The notes beneath the pieces were generated by a model. It saw only the letters and a program-made list of their open reading frames with translations, had not been told where the DNA came from and made no database searches. Both the position numbers and the translations under genes were made by a program. Shown here piece by piece: positions 56,855 to 64,000 of a DNA stretch of 64,000 nucleotides. Positions within the stretch are counted from its first letter, which is position 1; the number at the start of each line of letters is the position of its first letter. This stretch comes from a virus (taxonomy: Duplodnaviria; Caudoviricetes), in IMG/VR virus record IMGVR_UViG_3300005323_000042, positions 1 to 64,000 of that record, one strand, 5' to 3'.

Positions 56855-57236
56855 TCGTTCTTTTAATCTTCTTTATAAGTGCGTTCGGTATCTTCAACCA
56901 TTTGTCTTGTCTCTTAAATTGAATTACAATTTCCGGCTGACATTGTGTGAGATATGAGAAGAATTGATATATGAATTCAACCTGCAACGTTTTCTTTACG
57001 ATGCCTATAAACAGGTTTATAAACAGTCCTTCATAGCCTGTTATTATCTGATGACATACTTCACATAGTGTTATTCCATTGGTAAGTTCATATACAAGTT
57101 TCGGAAAGTCGACTTTGCGTTTTATATGATGGGCATTTATGGTTCCACGGCAATCACAGAGCTGACATTGAAATTTATCTCGTCTGAAAATCTTGTCGCG
57201 CCACCTGATATATGCTTTTGAATTATACTTAAACAT
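56829..57236 (-). CDS. HNH endonuclease (terminase-associated type; start likely 57236)
   Basis: WRDKIFRRDKFQCQLC...NAHHIK...NGITLCEVCH. Confidence 0.9.
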   Translation of the reverse strand: MFKYNSKAYIRWRDKIFRRDKFQCQLCDCRGTINAHHIKRKVDFPKLVYELTNGITLCEVCHQIITGYEGLFINLFIGIVKKTLQVEFIYQFFSYLTQCQPEIVIQFKRQDKWLKIPNALIKKIKRTNVKNKKAK

Positions 57237-57978
57237 CCTCGAACCTCTCAAGTATCGGTTCAATCAGTTTGTTACGTACTATATCTGAACTTTTAAAGTT
57301 GTTAAAGACGCCAATGCCATCTATATCGCTAAGTTTTTTTATTGCAAAGAGAAGTCCGTTTTCTTCTTTGCCCCTTTTTCTGTCGCACTGCATCAGATCG
57401 CCTGATATGAAATATTTTGTATTCTCGCCTATACGTGTAAGAAATGTTTTCATCTGTCCTTTTGTGCAGTTCTGCGCTTCTTCAAAGATGACAATAGCAT
57501 TGTCAATATTAAGTCCTCTCATATATGCAAGAGGAACAACCTGAAGCAGACCACGTTCTCTGAGCTTGTTTACTTTCTTTTCACCAAGAATTTTTGAGAA
57601 CAGGTAGACAGTTGAATATATATATGGGGCCATCTTTTCATCGACATCGCCAGGTAGGAATCCAAGTTCTTCTTCTGATTCGACCGCTGGAGTTAATATT
57701 ATTATCTGCTTGTATGGAGAGTTTTCTTCTCCGAATAATTCAATTGCTTTCCAGACCGATAAAAAAGATTTACCCGTACCCGCAGGACCAGCGCAAAGTG
57801 TGATTTCATTTTCTGACATTAGTTCCCAGAATTTTTTCTGAGATTCATTGCGAAACTGTATGTTAACTCTCCTTATTTTTAATGACTTTTTTAAATCATC
57901 GTTTGATATATTTACTGATAAACGTTCGTCTATTGGCTGCATTTCTCTGGGTGCAGCATTTCTTTTAGCTTTAGCCAT
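57229..57978 (-). CDS. phoH: PhoH-family ATPase (249 aa)
   Basis: GPAGTGKS, LGFLPGDVDEKMAPY, PLAYMRG, EEAQN, FLTRIG, GDLMQCD, DIVRNKLI. Confidence 0.95.
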   Translation of the reverse strand: MAKAKRNAAPREMQPIDERLSVNISNDDLKKSLKIRRVNIQFRNESQKKFWELMSENEITLCAGPAGTGKSFLSVWKAIELFGEENSPYKQIIILTPAVESEEELGFLPGDVDEKMAPYIYSTVYLFSKILGEKKVNKLRERGLLQVVPLAYMRGLNIDNAIVIFEEAQNCTKGQMKTFLTRIGENTKYFISGDLMQCDRKRGKEENGLLFAIKKLSDIDGIGVFNNFKSSDIVRNKLIEPILERFEDV

Positions 57979-58019
57979 TGATTGTAGTCCGAAGTTGTGA
58001 GTGGAGGGCAGTATTTTTA

Positions 58020-58778
58020 TTAATACATACCGTAGTTAAGATTCCAGGCTTCGTTGCCCAGAGTGGAGCGAACATTGAATTGAGAGGTGCGGATTGCATT
58101 TAAAGATCGGGCGCGCATTGTCATTGCTGCCTCGCTGTCCTTGAAGTGTCCACCTACATCAGGAATAGACCATCGCCTACCGATCTTTGCCATCTTTAAT
58201 GGAACATCTATTGCAAATCCGCCGATTACTCCGCCGACTGCTCCGCCGACAAAACCGCCGACGCTTGAACCGATTCTATACCCTAATGATGCGCCGACTT
58301 CACGGGCCATACCGACGCCTATACCGCCAAGTCCTCTCTGCTGCATCTCCTGATTTACAGACAGCAACATAAAAGCGCTCTGAGCAGATGGTGTTGCCAT
58401 CTTTGTTCCGGCTTTTGTCATTATACTTTTTTTAGTGCCATTGATCATCTGCTCTTCGTATTCAGATGCAACGACATTATGTTTCGGCCATAATATTCCA
58501 TGTATAGTCTCATCCCATTCGTTTGCAAGGCGTGTTCTTCCCGGCCTGTAACCGCGGATTTCTTCTTTGAGATTATTGAATATGGATTGGCGTTTACCTT
58601 TTAGTCCGGGCTTGATTTTATGTTTGTCGTAAAAATTTCTGACAGATTCATAGTTATTATAATAGAACTTTTCTTCTCGTTTCAGAAGAGACCTGCCAAG
58701 ATAATATCCACCAAGACCAAGAGCGCCATAACCAAACATTTTCCCGTAATTGACATTATCTTCTTGTGACATATACAT
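58020..58778 (-). CDS. Glycine-zipper protein, putative ejection/pilot protein (252 aa)
   Basis: GASLGYRIGSSVGGFVGGAVGGVIGG GxxxG array; basic; C-terminal AMTMRARSLNAIRTS...LGNEA. Confidence 0.55.
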   Translation of the reverse strand: MYMSQEDNVNYGKMFGYGALGLGGYYLGRSLLKREEKFYYNNYESVRNFYDKHKIKPGLKGKRQSIFNNLKEEIRGYRPGRTRLANEWDETIHGILWPKHNVVASEYEEQMINGTKKSIMTKAGTKMATPSAQSAFMLLSVNQEMQQRGLGGIGVGMAREVGASLGYRIGSSVGGFVGGAVGGVIGGFAIDVPLKMAKIGRRWSIPDVGGHFKDSEAAMTMRARSLNAIRTSQFNVRSTLGNEAWNLNYGMY

Positions 58779-58781
58779 TGT

Positions 58782-59498
58782 TTATGCCTTTCTTCCGTAT
58801 GTACTGGCAATTTTTCTAAATGGTCTTGCATAGCTAAGTCCGGCCCTGCGATATACACCCATGGCGACACCGCCCATTACTGCGCCTTTAAATGCGCCGC
58901 CAAACATTGATTCTCTTTCGCTGAAAGCACCGTAACCCGCACCAATCACAGCTCCACCAATAGCACCATGACCTGCACCACGTACAAATGCACTCATATT
59001 ATTCGATAATGTTGCCGGAATTTTAGAATTCATAGCATCCTGTGCACGCCGCATGTAATATGCCGTATCTCCCATCTGATAAGTATAAACGGTATTAACA
59101 GCGGAATCAAAAGCTGAGTTTGCATAGCCGGTAGCCCTTCCCGTGCTAAAAGCTTTATTATAGTTTTTATCTGCATTGGAAAAGAAATCACCAGCCTTAC
59201 TAAAGGAGTTTTTAAAGCTAAAAGACCCAAAATTTTTACCCAGATTGAGAGTAGGACTACCAGCAGCCTTGTAAGCATTGCCTACATTCTTAAATGTCCT
59301 ACCGGCTTTTAATCCTATAGCAGCACCTGCGCCGATAAGGAATCCGGTTCCCAGCGAATAATTATCGTCACCAGCTTTATTAACGGCATAAGTGCCGCCC
59401 GCACCGAGTACGCCTCCGACAATACCTTGTCTTAGAACTTTTCCGCCGATTGGCAGAAGGTCTTTCCCAAATTTTGACCAACCACTGACACTAGGCAT
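58782..59498 (-). CDS. Glycine-zipper protein, putative ejection/pilot protein (238 aa)
   Basis: GIVGGVLGAGG, GTGFLIGAGAAIG, GAGHGAIGGAVIGAGYG, GAFKGAVMGGVAMG; GGAGG SD. Confidence 0.55.
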   Translation of the reverse strand: MPSVSGWSKFGKDLLPIGGKVLRQGIVGGVLGAGGTYAVNKAGDDNYSLGTGFLIGAGAAIGLKAGRTFKNVGNAYKAAGSPTLNLGKNFGSFSFKNSFSKAGDFFSNADKNYNKAFSTGRATGYANSAFDSAVNTVYTYQMGDTAYYMRRAQDAMNSKIPATLSNNMSAFVRGAGHGAIGGAVIGAGYGAFSERESMFGGAFKGAVMGGVAMGVYRRAGLSYARPFRKIASTYGRKA

Positions 59499-59508
59499 AT
59501 ATGCCTCC

Positions 59509-60440
59509 TTACATTATATTATGTTTGTTTCTGTTGTTAAATACTTTTTTATACCATTGTGTTTTAATTGAGTGTACCGATCTATTTTTAAACGTAACTA
59601 ACAACTTTTCATTTGAATCACTATGCGGATCTATTTGTTTTAATAACTCAAGTTCTTCTTGTGACCAATAATTAACTTTAGATGGAATAATAGTTTTTCT
59701 TTTACGTTCAAGGTATGTTGTGTTATTTTTGTATAAGTAATTTTGAATAGCAATTACATTATTGATTGAATTGTATTCGAGCCTGAAATGCTTCCATTAG
59801 TTGTTATTTGTTTATGTATAATACCGACTTCTGTTGAGAGTATATAATTAAGTCTTTCAATAAACGGTTTGCTTGCAGATACAATTACAAAATGTACCCC
59901 GGTTTTAGTCCCCAAATATCCATCACCGTCAAAATATCCAAGTATAAAACTGTGCCAAAACTGTTGTGGAATTTTATCAAAAACCTGTTCACTTAATGTT
60001 TTAGTTTTATTGGGGGTAATATGTTTGTTGATTATGTCTTCATATAGTTGGGCGCATAAAATATTAATATAACAAGCACTGTTGTTTGTTGTTATCGATT
60101 TGTTAAACAGTTTGCCAAACTTAGACAAATGATCACAGTCCTTGATTGCCAGACGTATATTGACAGATTTTCTTTTACTATGAAGACTTCCATCGGCAGC
60201 AATAAACCCTAATCAATATGCTTTTTCATTTGTATCAATTGTAGAGAAGTAATTGTTGTTGTATCTATTTAACCTTGGCGCACCTACTCCAGTTGGTTTT
60301 AATCCATATTTCTTTAACACAGATTCTGCTACAAACGGCGTAATATTAAGTTGTTTAGCAATGTGGTTTGCGACTGTAATTCCACTTTTATATAAAGCTA
60401 TTATTTCATTATTTCTTGATATAGTATTGAGTTTTTTCAT
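59509..60440 (-). pseudogene. Free-standing double-motif LAGLIDADG homing endonuclease, inactivated
   Basis: Motif 1 EKAY*LGFIAADGS has TGA at 60213..60215 where Trp is expected; motif 2 FILGYFDGDG; a 1-nt frameshift near 59797 separates the C-terminus (...YLYKNNTTYLERK...WSQEELELLK...) ending TAA at 59509..59511. Confidence 0.85.
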
Positions 60441-60446
60441 AAATAA

Positions 60447-63125
60447 TTACATTAGATGGTGTTGGTTGTGTTGTGACCAGATTTGAAGTCCTATACCTTG
60501 TGTAGATGTCATAACCTGTTCCCGCTTCTCTTTTATTCTTCTATAACCTTCGCCGCTTGTAGGCATGCCTCTCTTTATCGTGCGAAGATACGACATCTCC
60601 TCACTGAAAATTTTCCTATTCTCGTCAAGCTGTAATGCCATCTCTTCCAATGATGGTTTGTCTTTTTCATATGCCTGGAGTGTTTCAAGACCTGCTGTTT
60701 TGGGCAAAGATGATTTATCAAGTATTCCGCGCGCAATATCGTTTTCAACTCTTGCTCTTGTGCGTTCTACTTTTGCAATGAGAGATTCGTATTGACGAGG
60801 ATTATAATTGACAATAAATGTTTTCTGTTGTTTCAAATTATCACGACTGATATACTGCAGATAACCACGCTCTGTACCGGTGTTGCCAAGATAAAATTGC
60901 ATCTGTGCAACATGCTGTGGTTTTGGTTTTCCTTCTCTCTGAATGGCATTAAAAATTCCGCCCGAAACAGTTTTATAATCACCTATACCTTGGGCGGTTT
61001 TTATATCCATATGACCGGAAATACCGTGCTGATAATTAACAGTAAGAACTTCTGCATTTGATGCAGTCCCGTTTGTAAGTTCCTGTGCCTGTAAATACTG
61101 ATGCAATGCAGTACCGGCCTGTGCTGATGCTGCAACGTATTCGCTTGGCTCTTTATCTTCTTCTGTCATGTACTTGTATAGATCTGCGTCTGACAATCCG
61201 ATCTTTGAAGCACGGACCATCTGATAGCGGTATATATCTTCAGCTTCATTATATGAAGGGTTAAGTTGCGGATTTGGTCCTTGATAACCTGATCCAAAAT
61301 CAGTCATCTTCTTTATATTAAATTTATTAACGGAACCAGGACCAGCATTAGGATGCAACCCCTCTATGGTATTGTATGAATCATCTTTGGCAGATATTCT
61401 ATTCGAAACAGGCAACAGGCCAACCAGCAATTCGCCTGCAGAATAACCACCGAATGCAGCCATTGCATATTGCATTTTATCTGAGTTTAGAATATTCTTT
61501 ATTTTGAGCAGTGTTTGATTTTGTGTTTTTGCTCTTTTTAAATATGCATTTATACCAAGGATAGCAGCATCGTCTGCAAATGAGAGTGCAAAATTAACAA
61601 GACCGTTTCTTTTATCTTCCTCACCGTTTTTCTTATCAGCGTATTTTTTAGCCGCACCAACAAAAGCTCCGAGAGTAAACGCAGTATACTTACCATTCCA
61701 CCCTGAACCGAAATCAGTCATAGACTGAATATTTGTTTTGTTAACGCCTCCGCCAGGATGCAAACCTTCGATAGTATTATAAGTGTCATCTTTGGATGAG
61801 ATTCTTCCGGGTGGGGGAGCGTTATATCCTGAAGACAACTCACTATATAACATAGCAGCGCCTACTATACTGGCAGTGATACCGGCAGGTTTAAGCCACT
61901 TTTTATTTCTGCTTATCCATCCAAAGCCGTCCATTGCAGCAGACCCCGATGATCCTGCTATGGACTTAATAATTCTGTCTTCTGCTTTCTTATTTCTGTT
62001 TAATATTTCTACTTCTATATCGCCGAAACTCTGTCCAGCATTGCGCATCTGTCTTACTTCATTTTCAAACCGGTTGAACCTGGAAGTATATTCGGCATTT
62101 GTATAACCATACTTGGTTCTCTTGATGCCGCCGAATTTATTCGATGCAAACACCTCATCAAGCGTATCCATGTATATTTGTTTACCCTTGATGTTTTTCT
62201 TTTTAGTTCCGCCCGGAACAGCATATAATCTTTTTTTACCTTTCTCTTCGCGTTTAACTTTATTAAAAGCCATATCGAGAAGAGAATTGTCTACCGACTG
62301 ATGTGCCCATGTAGTTTGTTGTGAAGCAATCTTTTTAAATACATCAAGCCTGTTATCGCGAAGTGTTCCCTGTGTATCAAGTTCATGCAGCGAAGATGTA
62401 AGAAAATCATATACATGTTTATTCAAAGCAACGTCACTGGCATCATGTAACTGTTCTCCAAGTCCAAGAGCCGCACCGAAGAAATTCATCTTTGTGCCGG
62501 TTATATAATCTCCTTTGAAATCAGTAAGTATATTCTTTTCTTCAAGAATACTAAACGCATACTGTGCAAGATCTCTGGTATCGACGACGGCAACCTTGCC
62601 GACTTTCAGTCGTTGATTTATCTTGCTGATATAGGATCTATATCCTTCATGGTTGATTTTAGATCTGTTTAACCTGACAGCGGTTGATAGTTTGCCTTTT
62701 GTAACACCGAACGCCGCCCTTAGTTCGCTGACGGTTTCTTCCGGAAGTTCCTGTGATATTGCTGCTAAATCAAATCCAATATTATGGCCAATTATCAGCC
62801 CGCCACCTTTAAGGTGCGGGACAATGTCAGACATCAGAGACTCGGAGATACTCGATGTAAACTGACTGGACTTTATGTTGTCTTTATTGAACTGGTTAAG
62901 AACTTCAGAATAACCCTGTTTGCTGTAAACAGACCACTTGGACATATCAGGGTTACTAAGATATTTAGCATTCAGACTTCCTGACTTGGCATTATACGGC
63001 AACGAAGCATATGAATATATTCTATGCTTCTTAAGCAGACCTCCGGTTTCGGTATCAAAGAAAATACCTCTATCCTTGGCAACTGCATTTAATTCTGCTA
63101 TGTTAACCGGATATGGATTATTCAT
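60447..63125 (-). CDS. Two-nuclease protein: N-terminal DEDDh 3'-5' exonuclease plus C-terminal PD-(D/E)XK (RecB/Cas4-like) nuclease (892 aa)
   Basis: FFDTETGG (D24/E26), GHNIGFDL, VDTRDL, LHDASDV; C-terminal GTALHQYL...SGHMD...GDYKT...AQMQFYL...GYLQYISRD. Confidence 0.8.
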   Translation of the reverse strand: MNNPYPVNIAELNAVAKDRGIFFDTETGGLLKKHRIYSYASLPYNAKSGSLNAKYLSNPDMSKWSVYSKQGYSEVLNQFNKDNIKSSQFTSSISESLMSDIVPHLKGGGLIIGHNIGFDLAAISQELPEETVSELRAAFGVTKGKLSTAVRLNRSKINHEGYRSYISKINQRLKVGKVAVVDTRDLAQYAFSILEEKNILTDFKGDYITGTKMNFFGAALGLGEQLHDASDVALNKHVYDFLTSSLHELDTQGTLRDNRLDVFKKIASQQTTWAHQSVDNSLLDMAFNKVKREEKGKKRLYAVPGGTKKKNIKGKQIYMDTLDEVFASNKFGGIKRTKYGYTNAEYTSRFNRFENEVRQMRNAGQSFGDIEVEILNRNKKAEDRIIKSIAGSSGSAAMDGFGWISRNKKWLKPAGITASIVGAAMLYSELSSGYNAPPPGRISSKDDTYNTIEGLHPGGGVNKTNIQSMTDFGSGWNGKYTAFTLGAFVGAAKKYADKKNGEEDKRNGLVNFALSFADDAAILGINAYLKRAKTQNQTLLKIKNILNSDKMQYAMAAFGGYSAGELLVGLLPVSNRISAKDDSYNTIEGLHPNAGPGSVNKFNIKKMTDFGSGYQGPNPQLNPSYNEAEDIYRYQMVRASKIGLSDADLYKYMTEEDKEPSEYVAASAQAGTALHQYLQAQELTNGTASNAEVLTVNYQHGISGHMDIKTAQGIGDYKTVSGGIFNAIQREGKPKPQHVAQMQFYLGNTGTERGYLQYISRDNLKQQKTFIVNYNPRQYESLIAKVERTRARVENDIARGILDKSSLPKTAGLETLQAYEKDKPSLEEMALQLDENRKIFSEEMSYLRTIKRGMPTSGEGYRRIKEKREQVMTSTQGIGLQIWSQHNQHHLM
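61284..61400 (-). repeat. Peptide repeat copy 2 (39 aa)
   Basis: RISAKDDSYNTIEGLHPNAGPGSVNKFNIKKMTDFGSGY. Confidence 0.9.
61698..61805 (-). repeat. Peptide repeat copy 1 (36 aa)
   Basis: RISSKDDTYNTIEGLHPGGGVNKTNIQSMTDFGSGW. Confidence 0.9.
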
Positions 63126-63127
63126 TA

Positions 63128-63454
63128 TTAGCTGTGCAGGTACATTGTCTCAAGTGAATCTGAAGTGAAAGCAAATTTTCTGCGCCCGCATGCATATTGG
63201 CTGGCATTTTTAATTATAATTATATGCTGTTTATGTTCGTCTTCGTAGGTATCTTTTATAATAGTTATATCAATTCTACTACCGATAGGCAGTGTGTTGA
63301 TGAGACTTAATTGTAACTCACCACCTATATGATCGTTATATATGTCAAGCCGTATGGATTTGGCGCGAACCTCATTGTCATTGAACTTGACAACAATCTC
63401 ACATCCTTCGTATAGAGTACATGTAGAAATATATTCAACTGACAGACATTGCAT
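63128..63454 (-). CDS. Small protein resembling a minimal tube fold (start likely 63454)
   Basis: YEGCEIVVKFNDNEVRAKSIRLDIY vs FTGSQAVIYINDMPLAEVTSIMGIY (37386..38054); IGGELQL vs IAGSLVF; RKFAFTSDSL vs EQYTYIARSM. Confidence 0.5.
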   Translation of the reverse strand: MQCLSVEYISTCTLYEGCEIVVKFNDNEVRAKSIRLDIYNDHIGGELQLSLINTLPIGSRIDITIIKDTYEDEHKQHIIIIKNASQYACGRRKFAFTSDSLETMYLHS

Positions 63455-63458
63455 AGAG

Positions 63459-63656
63459 TTACTGATGTTTGATTTTTTTAACTTCATGAAGCAACACAGA
63501 GTTTAATGCAGGTATGAGTTTTTCAATATATTCCTGAGACAGATATCCATCCTCAACTATAAAAGTCATCACAACTTTTTTAATCTTGCCGACAGTTAAA
63601 GATGCACCATCTTCACGGTCAACTGTCACCCTGTATTTTATTTTGTCTTTCTTCAT
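63459..63656 (-). CDS. Hypothetical protein (65 aa)
   Basis: ORF fills the gap between its neighbours. Confidence 0.5.
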   Translation of the reverse strand: MKKDKIKYRVTVDREDGASLTVGKIKKVVMTFIVEDGYLSQEYIEKLIPALNSVLLHEVKKIKHQ

Positions 63657-63669
63657 CTTGATTTTTCAC

Positions 63670-63954
63670 TTATCCAAAAAAGCCACTCTCACACATTGAA
63701 ATGATGAGGCGTTTCTTGATAATTTCTTGATTATATATTTCTTCAGTATCCATTATATATCTAAGCAAATCATACGCTATCTGTGCATGTTCTTCGGTCT
63801 CAAAGAAACTGTTAAATAATTTGCTACTTGATTCATAAAGAGATATGAAATTTGTTATTGTCAGCATTGCTGCCAGATGCATTTTAAATTTATATTCATC
63901 ATAGCATGCCGGACGTTCCAAAACGTATTCTTTTGGAATGTTTATCTGATACAT
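63670..63954 (-). CDS. Hypothetical protein (94 aa)
   Basis: TAATG overlap with the upstream partial ORF. Confidence 0.55.
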   Translation of the reverse strand: MYQINIPKEYVLERPACYDEYKFKMHLAAMLTITNFISLYESSSKLFNSFFETEEHAQIAYDLLRYIMDTEEIYNQEIIKKRLIISMCESGFFG

Positions 63955-64000
63955 TATTTCTTCCCGTCTTCCTCTTCTACATAGGGAATCTCTGTAGCGT
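63954..64000 (-). CDS. 3' end of an ORF entering from the right edge (...ATEIPYVEEEDGKK*)
   Basis: Open frame to the window edge ending in TAA that overlaps the next ATG. Confidence 0.4.
   Translation of the reverse strand, partial: ATEIPYVEEEDGKK

Noticed and set aside
60213-60215. TGA at a conserved Trp position, suggesting TGA=Trp recoding
   Set aside because: TGA is a genuine stop elsewhere (ATGA overlaps at 8281, 30750, 32558, 32770), all long genes are open under code 11, and the same gene also has a frameshift, so this is pseudogenisation.
59499-60446. Group I intron or intein hosting the LAGLIDADG gene
   Set aside because: Flanking genes are complete, with their own stop and SD/start a few nucleotides from the HEG, leaving no room for intron core structure.
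60447-61200. CRISPR-Cas adaptation module (Cas4-like domain)
   Set aside because: No repeat-spacer array, cas1 or cas2; the domain is a fused PD-(D/E)XK nuclease without the Cas4 Fe-S cysteines.
529-62865. All plus-strand ORFs in the track (e.g. 2569..2856, 3119..3493, 44321..44854)
   Set aside because: Short antisense shadows of long minus-strand genes, with no SD or protein-like motifs.
1-64000. tRNA, rRNA or IS elements
   Set aside because: Intergenic gaps are short and show no cloverleaf, rRNA-like sequence, transposase motifs or terminal inverted repeats.

Overview
The whole window is the virion-morphogenesis region of a large contractile-tailed (myovirus-type) phage, with essentially every real gene on the minus strand. 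Reading right to left: small hypothetical genes; an 892-aa double nuclease (DEDDh plus PD-(D/E)XK) with an internal peptide repeat; a decayed LAGLIDADG homing endonuclease; two glycine-zipper proteins; PhoH, HNH, terminase large subunit, three unknown genes, portal, prohead protease, head decoration protein, major capsid protein, neck genes, sheath, three tube-fold paralogs and a tail chaperone. A ~6 kb accessory island follows, containing mini tube-fold proteins, an HExxH peptidase, a 59-aa sheath-arm-like microprotein missed by the ORF track, an Mtd-type fibre and a subtilase-like/beta-sandwich fusion. Then come a second chaperone, a tape-measure-like protein, a 1427-aa protein, a hub-M23 peptidase fusion, the baseplate genes, four tandem paralogous genes, and a >1597-aa tail fibre running off the left edge. 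The main find is that the 1427-aa protein (22265..26548) carries, in the correct order, recognisable but divergent motifs of both double-psi barrels of two-barrel RNA polymerases, so it is probably a virion-packaged single-subunit RNA polymerase. All family assignments are by-eye motif recognition; no searches were run. No tRNA, rRNA, CRISPR array or reverse transcriptase was seen.
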